A stretch of DNA of 63,821 bases, counting the filler, from Dimorphilus gyrociliatus (Eukaryota > Animalia > Annelida): the NCBI GenBank assembly GCA_904063045.1. It is 7 parts of 7 records of this genome, joined end to end, with 100 filler letters (N's around TTAATTAATTAA, not from the genome) between each part and the next. Parts side by side here need not be neighbours in the genome. Positions count along the whole stretch, not along the records: positions 1 to 19,060 come from CAJFCJ010000197.1; 6 more parts are not named here. One strand, 5' to 3'. Made by a program: the position numbers and the translations under genes. This document shows, in pieces, positions 1 through 13,008 of this stretch (positions are counted from its first letter, which is position 1; every line of letters begins with the position of its first letter). The notes under the pieces are model-generated. The model was not told the DNA's origin and did not search any database. It was given only the letters and a program-made list of their open reading frames with translations.

Positions 1-2
1 TT

Positions 3-1739
3 TTCAAATGTCTTAAATGCAACAATGGAAATTTTATGGATAACACCGGAAATTGTCAATCATGCATTAGCGATTGTTCATTTTGCACTGATGGAACAAC
101 TTGCATACCAAATGGTTGCAAAGAAGGTTTTATAAGAGATAGAATCGATGGTACCTGTACTATCTGTACAGGTAAAGGTGTTGAAAGGTGTGCTTATGAA
201 AGTGCTCAATCGGATACCCTCATACCAAAACTATGTAAAAAAGGGTATAAATTAAATACTGGAGTAACACCAAATGTTTGTGACAGTAAGTAAACTCTTT
301 TTTGTCTTTAGAAGTTTTCTCTCTCTTTATCATTTAAAAATTTGAATTATTCTCCAATTTTAGAATGTGATCCAAACTGCCAAAATTGTGACACTAATGG
401 AAAAGATAAATGTGATTTTGGAAGATGTAATAATGGATATTTCTATGATTCTAGTAATCAACAATGCTATCTAAACAAGTCTGGATGTTTAACCTCAGCG
501 AGGATTAATAGTAATACAGTTTGTCAAACATGTAATCAAGCTATTTCTACTCTTTCTAATGGAGAATGTAAACTATGCCCAACTGGTTGTAATGGTTGTA
601 ATTTTAATACTGAAACAAACAAATACTCTTGCTCATCTTGCAATAATGGATATTATAGGACAACTAATGATAATTTGTGTTTGCTATGCCCAAGCGGATG
701 TAGTTCATGCAGTCTTAATGGCTTAAATGTTGAATGTTCAGCTTGTTTTCCATCTTATGGCTTAAAGGGAACTTCCTGTGAATTATGCAATATTGGAGAA
801 TGTCAATCGTGTTCAATTCCATCTGATTCAAGTTCTCTTGTTTGTTCAACATGCTCAAATGGATTTTATTTGAATAGTAATGAATGTGGAAAATGTCCCA
901 AATTCTGCAGAGAATGTTTATACAATAAAAAATATGAATGTTTAAAATGTTACCATAAATACGCTAAAGCGTTGGATGGGAGTTGTCTTCCCTGTCCATC
1001 CAATTGCGAAATCTGCACGGCAAACGGTGATAAAACAACAAAATGTACCAAATGTATATCGAATGACTACTCACTTAAAACGGATGGAACATGTGTACCT
1101 TGTTCAGAAGCTGCCTTTGCAAATTGCGCAACATGTGGACCAATGCCATTCAATGGACCAGCAAATTGTCTTAGTTGTCAATCATCGTATACTTTACAAG
1201 ACGATAAGTTGGCTTGTATTTCATGCTCAGTCACCGGATGTGGAATTTGTATTCACGGTCGATTATGTTCAAAATGCAAAACCGGATTCTATTTACACAA
1301 CTATAACAGAGAATGCGCAAGTCAGCCATTTTGTTTTTTTAATAATTCAATACATTACTTATCTGTTTCTTTTCTAATTCTAGGAAAATGCTTTGAATGC
1401 AAAGGAAACCAAAATGATTGCGGAAATGATATATCTCATATAAAGAATTCAACTGACAAAGTTAAGGTGATTGATTGCGGTATTGGTGACTGTTGGGCCT
1501 ATAGAACTGAAATTTCAGGGACAGTAACCTTTGCAAGAGGCTGTTCAAATCAAACATGCTCCGCACCAAATGCAAATGAAAATTGTAAAACAGTTAATGG
1601 AAAGAAAGAATGTGTTAAATGCTGCAGTGGAGAGAAATGTAATACTTGGGCATTGGATGGTAAAGCATGTGTAGTAGGACTATATCCATTCTGTTTCCTT
1701 ATTATTATCACATCAATTCTATATTTTATAGTCTGTTAA
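3..1739 (+). CDS. 5'-truncated Cys-rich furin-like (CxxC) repeat surface protein with C-terminal Ly6/uPAR three-finger domain and probable GPI signal; introns 286-363 and 1321-1383
   Basis: Frame is open from base 3. Many CxxC...CxxC repeats. GT-AG introns join the ORFs (D-K-C-D-P-N-C; A-R-K-C-F-E-C). Final domain CFEC...CW...RGC...CCSGEKCN matches the LU-domain CCxxxxCN end and is followed by a hydrophobic tail. Confidence 0.75.
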
Positions 1740-2509
1740 TTTCATCCAAAAATAAAAAAAATAAAGTGAATTACCAGTTATTTTTTTACACATCAATTTT
1801 TTCAACCTACTAATATTAAAGCGTCACGTGACACTTGAATTACATAATTCAAGTTGGAAATAAGCAAAAAAAATTCTTTATAGAATGCAATAGATTATTT
1901 AAATTCTGATTTTTTATTTAAAGGTCTCAATATATTGTTATAAAAATTAACTTAGAGATTGTGTGATGTAGATATTACAGGATCTCTAATTAAAAGTAAT
2001 AGAGGTGAAGGTCAAACTTAAACTTGCATATTAGTTCCTAATATCTTTCCTTACCAAAAAGGATTTCATAGATTGGATATAACAAGTTTTAAAGAAAGAA
2101 ATGGAGGAAATGGACTCGGCTATCCTATAGAAAACGTATATGATCATTCCATTCAAGATCTGATACAATGGGTCAATTTAAAAAGCCATACATTCTAATT
2201 GATACAATCCATTCAAGAAGATTCCATAGAGTTATCTTTGTCGCAATATCTCTAACAATACTATAAAATGATATATCTATGTTGAGCAGTGTTGCTGTGC
2301 CACTGATCAAAACTCACAACCTTAAATATGACCTTGACATCTTTCTAACAGTATAATTTAACAATGTATCATTTATGAAAATTATGAAAATGCCAATCTT
2401 TAAAATATTTTTCTGTTATTCAATCCAAACAAATTTACAGCAGACAATCTTGGATTTCTTATGGTGTATAGTAATATTTTTTAGACAAACTTCTCCCAGT
2501 TATTCTTTC

Positions 2510-5500
2510 TTAGCCTCTAATAATGACACAGAGCAGGAAAACTGAAATTACTGCTTAAAACAAGGATTATATAAGATATTTTCATGTAAATTTAAAGAAG
2601 AAACAACTGAAAATTTACCTAAAAAAATACCAACAGCAATTGAGCCAAAAATCCAAATGATAATTAGAAAGTTTCTGTTACTAGGGATATCAAATTTTCT
2701 ACATAATGATTTATTTGAGCATCCAACTTCTGGATCAATCACTTTCCCATCATAATCTGTATAACATTGCTCGCAATATGATAATCTGTCACAGTGGCTG
2801 CAACATGAAAGTTAAAGAATTATTAGAATAGAATTTTACATATTCACCTACCTGCTAGTTTGAGCTTCACATTCTTCTCTTTTTTCACATTGCTCATATT
2901 CGTTTGTCATATAGGAAGCAGAGACGCTTTTCAATATTTCAGGAGAACAAATTGCATCGCCACTCTTACTGTCAATAAAATTAAAAGTTGTTGATTGAAA
3001 AAAACTACAAAACACAAAACTTATAATATACCTTAGTGTTAATTTACAAAAATTGAATTTATTTGAAATAGTACATGGACACTGGCATTCAATATTTTCT
3101 AAGCAGTCAGCCATTTTAGATGGACAAGTTGAGCACTTTTTAAAATAATTCTTTTCTTTATTTATATCAATTATAATTAAAATTGAATTTGTATTGTTTA
3201 TTCTTTCAATACTAAAGAATTTTCCAGTATATTTTTCATTTTGAATGTTGACCTATATTGAATAGATAATTAAGGGATTGGGTATTTTTTATGTATATTA
3301 TTACCATACCTTCCAGTACATTTGATTTTGCAGTTTTAAAATATTAAAACAAACATCCTTCTTTAATATTTCAATAGATATTAGTTCATTGGATAGTTTA
3401 GGCTCTAATGACACTATATGCTTATTATGTATTAATAGACTATGTGAATTTTCTATGTAATTTTGATGAGTAATCAATAAACCATTTTCATCTATCATCA
3501 TACAACGATAATTGTCCAATCGGCAGTCTTTAATTAATTTATTCATAGTGGAAAAAAAGTAGTCAATTTCAATATCTAATCCAATAACACCCAGAATATT
3601 ATCTTTATTTGTATGCTTTCCCTCAGGATGACCTTCATATACTATATGGCTTAGTGTGTTTATCCAATCGGTGTTGAGATTATTTCTTATAATTGGAGAT
3701 ATAATTATTTTATCCTTTTGAAATATTGCTTTTTTGTACCAAGACTCAGTTGTTGGTGAAAATACTCTTGGCAATTGATAACCTGGAAAAGATTGAAAAA
3801 TACCTGTTTTTGAACCAAAAAATCTAAAACCATAAGGCTTTGAGTAATCATTATCCAAATGAATCCAGATTTTTTCAAGATGATTACAAATACCCAATTC
3901 AGGTTTTATATTACTTTTAAACATGTCATTTTGAATTTCACCATTCAAAGATTGTTTAATAGATGAAATATTTGAAATGTATGAAATATTATTCAAGTAT
4001 TGAAAAGGATTTAGAAAAGATTCAGCAGAAAATTTTATAGTACTCTCACTCATTAAAATTGTTCTATTTTTGTATGAACAGCCATTTGTGAACATGTGAT
4101 AATTGAATGGATATTTTGAAGAATTATATTCAATATTCCAAACAAAATCATTTTCAGTCACAACAAAACAAATCATGAAACCAAATTGTTTACTTTTCAT
4201 CCAATAATATTTTGATGGTGAATCAGATAGAGAATTGGCTTGAGAATTTATTGGTTGATCCACAGATGAGATTGAACTATAGAATATGAAAATTGAAAGT
4301 AAAAACATATGAGAATGATTATATTTATAAAATACTTGAGTATTTGTTTAATTTGATCAGTGGAAAGTTGAGGTTCAACCTGATCAAATGTTAAATAAGT
4401 TACATCTTCAATAATATTTTTTGACTTTGGAATGAGTGGATGGGATAATACCCGATTCATTGAATCAGTTAAAAACAAATATGAAGATTGAGTACCAGAG
4501 AAAAAAACAATATCTGAAAATATGTCTAAAATATTGACATCAATACAAACAACTCCAATAAATTCTTCATAAATCCATACTGGACTACAAAGTGATATTA
4601 AAACTTCATATTTCAATTTATCAAAAAATGGAGGAGTAATCACTATCCTATCGGTTTTATTGATCTCTTTTAAACATTTATAATAATTGACCAATTCAAA
4701 TTTAAGATTTTCTACATTTTCAATAATTTGAAATTTCCCTTCTTGGGTAGTGTTTCCACTTTTTGTCAAAGAATTATGATTAGAAATTCTCCTTAAGAAT
4801 GTCATTGTTTCATTATTAATATCTGTTTTTAATCAGAATAGAATGATTGGTCAAAAACCAAAGGTAAAATAACTTACTATTTCCAATAACATATGTAAAA
4901 ATTGGAATTCTATATTGCAGTTTTGCAGTAGATTGTTCAATAAACTCTTCAATATTTGATATATTGGAATTTGGTTTTGTGTATGTTATAAAAATGATGA
5001 GTTTTTCTAAAAACTTGGTATTTTAGTTAAAATTTAAAAGTTGAACATAAAATATTAAACCTCTAGAGCGAATATTTGATATTTCTGGTAAAGTTGATGT
5101 AGAATGTATTAAGAAACTTTTGTTGAAGGCATCAATGTAGTTTGAAGTTCCTTGTGGTTTGAGTTTATTAAGAAACTTGTACAAAATTTTCTTATTATTT
5201 GGTGTAGCAAATGACAGTTTATCACCAAAACATGATTTATCCTCCTCAAAATAGTTTAGTGATAAATTAGACATTGGAACTAAGGAAATTCTATCCTCAT
5301 CTTTAAGACTATTGACTAATGTTTGTATTGCTTCCACTTGATAATTATGTATCATTTTCATTTGAAAAATATCTGTAGTCTGATCTGGAATAAAATAACT
5401 GCATTTAGCATTCTTTTTATCTATATACTAGATTTATTGTCAGTTTTACCTGAATTATCGAAAATCAAGACTAAATCTCTTTTAACCGGTGAAATTGACT

Positions 5501-6190
5501 GAATATACCAAGATTTTTGTCTGTGATCATGACCACTTTTCCAATGAAATTGTTTTCCAGATATGAGAAAAACTCCTTCTTCAGTTCCCATATATTGAGA
5601 TGAAATAGTTGGATACTTTTTATGGTTGGATATAATCAAATTTTTTACATGATCATTAGGAACTTTGACAAACTTTGATGTTGTACTTGTCCGTATTATA
5701 CACAAATTTACAAAATTGTATAATGTTGATTGACAGGTTGTGCTCAAATTACTATCATTATAAAACAGATGATATTTTTCTTGTATAATTTGTTTAAAAT
5801 CAATTAAAGCTCTCTTCTTCTCACTTAATTTATCTTCTACAGATTTGAATAACTATTTAAAATATTTTTGAAAAATGTACTATAATTCTTTAAATAAATT
5901 TTTAATAATAACTTTTTGGAGTACAAAATGGCTATGTGAATTATCTAGGAATCTCTTTTTATATATTATCTTGGTTTCTTCATCAATAAATTTCTAAATA
6001 TGATAATTTTACAATAATCTAAAGTTTTAATGAATGCATGAACAAACTAATTGTCTACCTGATATGAGTTTAGGCCAAGTTTGTTGTCAAGTAAACTATT
6101 AAACTCTTCTGCTAGTTTAAAAATATCACAATTTATTAGAAAAACACTGGAAGAAACCAAAATAACAATTTCCAGAATCCTTAATTTCAT
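2510..6190 (-). CDS. CACHD1: VWA and cache domain-containing protein 1 (alpha2delta-like), multi-exon
   Basis: Signal peptide MKLRILEIVILV at 6190. Exons encode VWA_N (ISSQYMGTEEGVF...HDHRQKSWY...DLVLIFDNSG), VWA (DEDRISLV...GTSNYIDAF), two Cache domains (GVVCIDV, GVIGLDI, CMMIDENG), Cys-rich CQCPC, DPEVGC and a TM segment. The 3' end is approximate. Confidence 0.85.
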
Positions 6191-7364
6191 TCTAATTGAT
6201 TTAGTAATTTTTACTAAATGATTTTGAATTGTGAACACCTGCAATCTGTTTTGTTGATAAAACACTCAGAAACCAATGAAATACTAGAGCGCCATCTGAT
6301 GTATAAGCAGAAAGACTTCTTGAATCAAAGAGCAAAAACAACCAGATCAATATTACTTAGCCTGGGAAAAAGATACAAATATTTTGAAAAAAGTAAGTGT
6401 AAACCACTCACATTGCAATTTAAAGACGTATTTCTTTTATCTAGGACACATGAACTCTTCTTACATTTCAGCAGCAAATAATACTTAATTGCAGTTCTTG
6501 ATCCCTAACCCTAAAGAATAAGGAATATACAAAATCTTGCTTTAAATGATCTGTAAAAGAGTTTGCTCAAAAAAGATAGTCAAGAAACTGTCAAGCATCA
6601 TTTAAACATTAAAATGTTAAGTTGCTGCATGTAGTGAGATAATTTAACATCTTACAGCAGTTTATAACTCTATTCCAAATGAGTGTATGTTCAATTTTAA
6701 ACCCCTTAAAGCAGTAAAAATATTGCCCATAAGGACAAATCCTAAAATTTCAATCAATAATTTAGAGATAAAGGAGATAAGAAAACTTGCTGTCAGAGTA
6801 ATTTAGGTTGTCTGACATCAAACAACATTTTGAAAGACCTGCAAAGCGTCGTCTGCTTTAGCAACAATAAAAGCAAGTTATAATGAAAGGCCAAAAGGTG
6901 CCATTGCTGCTTCAAATACCCATTTTGGATATCCATGCAAAGGGATATTGAAGTACTTGCGAGTTGTTTATCCTTAGGATAAGACAAAGGGAAACATATT
7001 TATCTATGTGGAGTAGTGAGGAGGGCATTTTCAGATTGCCTTGTCTCTTTTGTTTCTGATCAACCCCTTGCTGAAAGTTACACCTTTTTGTCTCTGACTG
7101 CCAATCATTGATTTGCGGATAGCTCTGCTATAAATTTATTCTATGGTATACAATTTTTTGAATGGGTACTTTTAGCTTGTAACTACTTTCATAACAATTC
7201 CTTGAAACAAATAATCAAGTAGTTAGTCCTACCAATAGAAAATCTGTATTAATATTAGTTTTTACAGTACCACCTTTTGCTGTACCTTGGAGATTAGAAC
7301 TGTATTTTTTTCATACCAAAAAAAATTTAAATATATAAATTTTTGTATCTACTTTTAAAATATA

Positions 7365-8370
7365 GACAGCAAAATTATTAATGTTGCATCTTTGAAAAAT
7401 GGAGCGACTTGTGAAGCCAGTTCCGAGTATCCACAACTTTATGCAGCAACTTATAAATGCGAGAATGTCTTTGAACCAGAATGGATAAATGTTTATGATT
7501 GGTCAGCAGAATGTGTAGACTGTTCCCAACATTGGATTAAAATAAATTTTAAAAAAATATACGATATAATTGGAATTTGTCTAAGTCAAAGAGTTGTAGG
7601 TGATGACGTTAAATTAAAGTCAGTTGAAATTTCATTCAGCAACTCCACGTATAAACCAGTTTACCAAGTTGATACTGTTGAAATCTGTATGCTTATTGAA
7701 GAAGTGGATTGCAATCATCAAGTATAAGCTTGAGACCTGTGAATAATTCTGCCCTCTCAAGCATTTTAAACATTGGTTTTAATGAAGTTTTTGTATATGC
7801 CTATGAGCAGGGTAAAACATTTTACAATTGTGATTAAAAAAGAAAATTGAGTTATATATCATTCAATTTTTTTCAATATAGTCTCCAGTGATAATGATGA
7901 CAATGAAGAAGAATTTATAAATATGGCTGCTTCTAGACTTGGAGCTACTTGTGTAAGCAATAATCCAGCTGAAACTTTTCCATATGATCATGCTCTTCAG
8001 AGAATTATGAATAAAGATTTCAAATTTAAATGTGGAGAAAATCACTTACCTTATACACCGTGTGTAGGCCAATATATTGGAAATATCATTTGCATTTCCA
8101 GCTATACCACAAATTATTTGTTATAGGAATAAGTAAATATAAAAAGTTTGTTAATATCTATTTAGAAAACATTAAAAAATCCATCATATTCGTTTTTCTT
8201 AGAAGAGAGATGAATGGTTTAATAAAAGCTATGGAATTGTTATGGAGTTCAGGGTTTGCTGATGAATTGGATAATTTATTTCAGGATATTGATTATCATT
8301 GTTTAGCCTATAAGCATTTACCAACGATTGAGTCATCATTGAAAGTTACTATATCAAAAGTTCCATAAAC
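7365..8370 (+). CDS. Exons of a tandem F5/8-type-C (discoidin-like) domain protein, possibly frameshifted or decayed
   Basis: Two domains start INVASLKNGATCEASS and INMAASRLGATCVS; WIKINFKKIY; domain end NIGFNEVFVY is in another frame near 7700-7810. Confidence 0.45.
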
Positions 8371-8691
8371 TTGTTGGATTCAATTTTTTTAAAGTTTTCA
8401 CAGAAAACACGTAGAGAGAGTTAGAGAGAAAGAGGTTTTATTTAAATATTCACCTTTCTTTAGAAAAGTGTTCAATATTTAATTTTTTCTCTCTCAACTT
8501 TTCAGGAACTGAAATAAAGAATAATTTGGATTCAAAGTACAAATTATACATTTTATAGTTTACAAGATAAATACCATGGAAAGTACAATCTACAATCAAT
8601 TAAGTTCAGAGTCAAAGGCAAACAAGAGGGAAACAGTAACTGCTCATCACTAACAATTGGTTTTAAGAGTGAAACAACATTACATATTACA

Positions 8692-9466
8692 TTGAAGCTT
8701 GATACAGTAACTACAAATAATGATATTCAATCTTCAATAGAAACTAGTGAACCTTTTGTGAATATTGTTAAATTTGCTTTGTCACAATCATTGATTCAAT
8801 GCAATGAATGGAGAATATTTTGGTTGGATATAAATGTCAATGAAGTTAATTTTGGTTTAGGGGAATCCTATGGCAAAAATATATTAGCAACTATTCAAAC
8901 AACACTTTCTTTTGATTTTAGAAAAATTCTATTCAAAAATGATTTAATACAAAAAAGTCATTATGTTCAAATCTTACATAAAAGTAATTTAATTTTTAAA
9001 TTTTTATATTTCAAATTTTGAAACAAAAAATATTTTCACTTTCTTGTTTGTTTTATTCACAGGGAAAAAGAAATTAAAGTTTAACCTACTTTCCAAATGT
9101 AATAATAATGACAAACTTTTGAGTACATGTTCAAAATTGTTAACAAATACTTTAACATTTGAATATAACTTAACAATGGGAAAGGAAATATTTAATAGTA
9201 ATAGAAAAATAGTCCTGACTTTAAAGAAAGATGCTGAATTAAAGAGTAAGATTACTATCTATTTTGTTTATAGAATTATTATTAATGGAAAAGAACACAA
9301 TAGAATATGCAATATTGAGACACAAGCTGAAAAGAAAGCTTATCTTTCTTATTATTTCAAATGTAAAGAGATTGGCAGGATAGAATCAAATATAGTTTCT
9401 GATTACATTTTTCCAGTTGATTCTAATGATATGAAAAACTTGAAATTTTGTGAAATGTTTTCTTAA
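8692..9466 (+). CDS. Exons with a farnesoic acid O-methyltransferase-like (Methyltransf_FA) domain and a Cys-containing C-terminal domain; probably the same gene as 7365-8370
   Basis: CNEWRIFWLDINVNEVNFGLGESYGKNILA fits the FAMeT-domain EWRxFWI...VG motif. The exon structure is not resolved. Confidence 0.4.
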
Positions 9467-10192
9467 ATTGAATTGTGTTAACAAAAAGTTTAGGTAAGTT
9501 TCTACCTAACAAAATAGTCATCTTTTTTTATATAATTAAAGTTTGAACCTGAATTGACTTTTCCTTATTCAATAGAAAATGTTAGAATTTATCTTTGATT
9601 TTAGAAGATATTCCTACTCTGCAATTCATATTGACAATCTTAAAATAAATACAAAATCAATAAAAATTCAAATTTTGCTAAATTAGTTTTTTAACAGAAA
9701 AAAACTGGTTCCCGTCAAATAGTTTATACCCTTTAAATGTTTTGCATTTTTCAACATTTCTTTTTCATTTAGTATTGTTCTATTCAAATAAAACATTTTG
9801 TCAAGCATCTCTAATTGTCTGTATTGACATTTCCTTAGAAATTTTAGTGATTGAAGTAGACTATTTAAGAATTGATCGTTTCTGAACATTTTTTGTCGCT
9901 ATAAAATAATTAAATTAAAGTTTTTAAAAATATCTAAAAGATTTCTAACCACAATTTTCTTCATCAGAACCATATTAACAGTCAGTGTTGAAATTGCATT
10001 TCAATAAGAAAGTTAATATTTTTTCACTACAATTTTTACATTTTAATAAAAATTCATTTTCATTTTTTGACAACATGAACACATAGTTCAGTTTTTATTG
10101 AACAGTATCTACACACTAGAAACAATGACATAGTGATATTTAGAATTTAGAGATAAATGAACCTTAGAAAGACTTCTATTTCATAGCAATGA

Positions 10193-10297
10193 GAATAATG
10201 GAACTTTGGAAAAACTTTTATTTTGTAGGAATTAAAAGGATGGAACTTTAGAAATACTTTTATTTTGTAAAATTAGAATAATGGAACTTTAGAAAGA
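10193..10297. repeat. Short tandem repeat, about 40-bp unit, about 2.5 copies
   Basis: ATGGAACTTT(G/A)GAAA occurs three times, the first two followed by ACTTT(T)ATTTTGTA. Confidence 0.6.
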
Positions 10298-10931
10298 ATC
10301 CAATTTCATAGGAAATAGATGAGACAAACTTGTTTTATTAAAATATTTAGGGTTTTTGTGTTGTATCATTAAAAAAGATAAGAAATTAGAAGATTTTGAT
10401 ATGGTAACAAAAAAATTTCCACAATTACAAAGCAACATACTGTTGCTAAATATTTCTCTTTTCATTTCAAAATCAGGATATTCCCTCCCCAGTGACACTA
10501 CTCAATAATAAATAGGCCTATCACATTAAAATATAGATATTTCAGAGATTTAAAACCAAAAACATATATTTGCTATTTATAATGATGATAAAAATAGTAT
10601 TGAATATAATAATATCTATTGTTTTTTTTGTTTAATTATGGAAAGAGAAAAAATCAAAAAAAGATATATTTTTCGACGTGTAACAATGATTAACGGCCTA
10701 TATTGTGTTTTCTGTAACATTAGTAGAAATTTTTGCCAATCTCACTGCAAGGATTAAGTAAAAGCAATAAAAAAATATAACTATAATTATGTGTTATGTT
10801 ATTTTTAATGGTTCTGAGAGAGAGAACTTTGTGCTGGGAGAATGAAACCATAACCACCATAACCACTTGTACTTTATGTACTGTTGCACCGGAGTGACAT
10901 CATGGTCTGTAATAATCGTATTTCTGTTTCT

Positions 10932-10957
10932 ATTTGTGGACGTTTTCTGTCGACCCC
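10932..10957. mobile_element. Single MITE terminus
   Basis: ATTTGTGGACGTTTTCTGTCGACCCC is identical to 12730-12755. Confidence 0.65.
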
Positions 10958-11034
10958 AATGAGAGTATATTTATCCAAAAGAGTATTTTTCTGCAGAACA
11001 GAAAGTAATGGTTTTTCAAATTTAAATAATAAAA

Positions 11035-11753
11035 ATGTATTTTTTGTTTTCTTTTGCAGAATGTCCTTACAATTTAACGGCTGGTATTAATTTTGACGAT
11101 GGAAAATATACACCTCCAAAATCTTATGCTTTCTATATAACTAATACAAATATGGAAAAATGCCTGTTACTTTGCAATAAATACCCTTTGTGCAAGTTAA
11201 TTTCTTTGTTATATATGATTTATTTCAGTAAGAAAAAGTACTTTATTAATTTCAAATCAAAAACACAGGTCATTCATACACACTTCTAGTATCTGCTACT
11301 TAAAGACAGTAACAAAATCTAATGCAACTATTGAGCATCATATAGCCTATTCTTATTATGAAAAACTTAGAGGATGTGGTTTGTTAATATATATTCTGCT
11401 TGCCTTTCTTTCTATAAAATTTAAAAATTGACATTTGTTTTAGATTGTTCTTATAGAAAATATCCTGGGAAACAACTAAACAAACCAAAATTAGACTCAA
11501 AGACTTTTGCAACTATTGAGGAATGTCAGCAATTCTGTTATGATAATTTTCATTGCCAGTAAGTTCAAATGAAAGATTTGGGATCTTTTTCAGTCATTTT
11601 TCCAACAATAGATCATTCAGCTACAACAAAGTGAATAACAATTGCGAATTAAATAAGTTTTCAATTAAAATAAATCCAGAATTTTTTATTCCATCTCCTG
11701 ATTTTGACTGTTATGATTTGACTGAGAATTGTTGTAAGTATGCTGTTCAATAA
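11035..11753 (+). CDS. PAN/apple domain exons of a secreted protein
   Basis: MEKCLLLCNKYPLC; CSYRKYPGKQL...TIEECQQFCYDNFHC|...SFSYNKVNNNCELN; short GT-AG introns. Confidence 0.55.
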
Positions 11754-12117
11754 TTGATGGCCAATTTTCCGTTTTCTTTTCATTACACCATTAAAACATC
11801 ATTAAGAGTCAGGTTCACAGCAGTTTTGGGCTTACTAAAACTTACATGTAGCCAATTTTTCCAATGAAATATAATCGTTTCCCAAATGAAACTAAAATCG
11901 TTCTCAAACAATAATCTATGGGATAAGATGTGTGACAGACTGTCATTGATAACAAACAAAGGACAGGTAGTTTCCATGGAAAAGTGTAACTGCAAGTCAA
12001 TCCTTTCAATACATAGTGTCAAAAAAGACATCGGTGTATTCCCATTACCAGTTTATTAAACAAGTGTTTTCTTGAGAACATCAATTTATCCAAAAAAATT
12101 CAAACATAAAAGAAGGG

Positions 12118-12838
12118 TTGATAAACATTGGGAAATTTTCTGAATCTGATATAATTGATGCTATTGTCTTTGCAAAGATTGTCACAACTAATATTTATCC
12201 TTTTATAAATTGGTCTGGTGATGTTGTTCTTCTTAGTTCTGTCCATCTCAAGGTAAGTTATTGCCTATTGCATTGTCACTTTTACATTAGTAATTCTATT
12301 TTTTAATATATATATATAGGATCACAGGGTGACCCACATTTACATCAAACTGTTGTTGATTCAAAAGCTGCACAGCTACATCAAATCTGTTATGATGTTC
12401 TTGGCCAATCAGGACAATCACTATTTATTCTCCGTAACTGATAATGTCAAAGTTGTGACTGACATTTATGGAGGGTTAATTGGAGATTTTGGAAGAAAGA
12501 ATTTCTATTACATTCCATCCATTCAGAATAATATAACAGATTTTTTTCGGATGCGACAGAAAACGTCCACAAATGAGTGCTTTTACCCTAACCCTAACCC
12601 AGCCCTTGGCTATATCTAACTTTTTCCATTACCTCTAACCCTTAGAGGAGACCCTCCTGAGTACAAATCAGTTGCTGTCTTCTTCTTCCTAACCATTTCT
12701 TAATCCAAAATCTAGTCTTGAAATTTCTCATTTGTGGACGTTTTCTGTCGACCCCAATTCAAAGATTTAATTTCTGAAAAGGAAATATCTGAATATATTC
12801 ATGCCTTATCAATAAAATTTGAACCTTTAAGATGATTT
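12118..12838 (+). pseudogene. Unknown coding exons, last exon apparently interrupted by the MITE
   Basis: Intron 12253-12319 joins two ORFs. ...IQNNITDFF stops at the MITE and FKDLISEKEISEYIHALSIKFEPLR* follows it. Confidence 0.35.
12549..12755. mobile_element. About 200-bp MITE with 24-bp perfect inverted repeat and internal CCCTAA repeats
   Basis: CGACAGAAAACGTCCACAAATGAG (12554-12577) is the exact reverse complement of 12727-12750. Internal ACCCTAACCCTAACCC. No TSD recognised. Confidence 0.75.
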
Positions 12839-13008
12839 ATTGAAATATAATTGAATTAAATCTTATTGTGTTTTCCTGCATAGGTTAGATAGTCAGATTG
12901 TTCCAAGTTGTGTATTGTAATATAGTTTAAGCATAAAATTGAAAGTTGTACAATATACAAAAACATTTTGTTAAGTGGTCAAGGAAGAAGGATTTGGAAA
13001 ATTGTTTC

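Noticed and set aside
2040-2200. Protein-like frame KERNGGNGLG resembling the LINE GGLG motif
   Set aside because: About 50 codons with no other RT or endonuclease motif nearby.
6500-7150. Possible RT relic on the minus strand (YFNIPLH...AMAPFGLS) and CCCTAACCCTAA at about 6504
   Set aside because: Many stops and only one loose motif; too weak to call a family. Two telomeric units are too few for a telomere.
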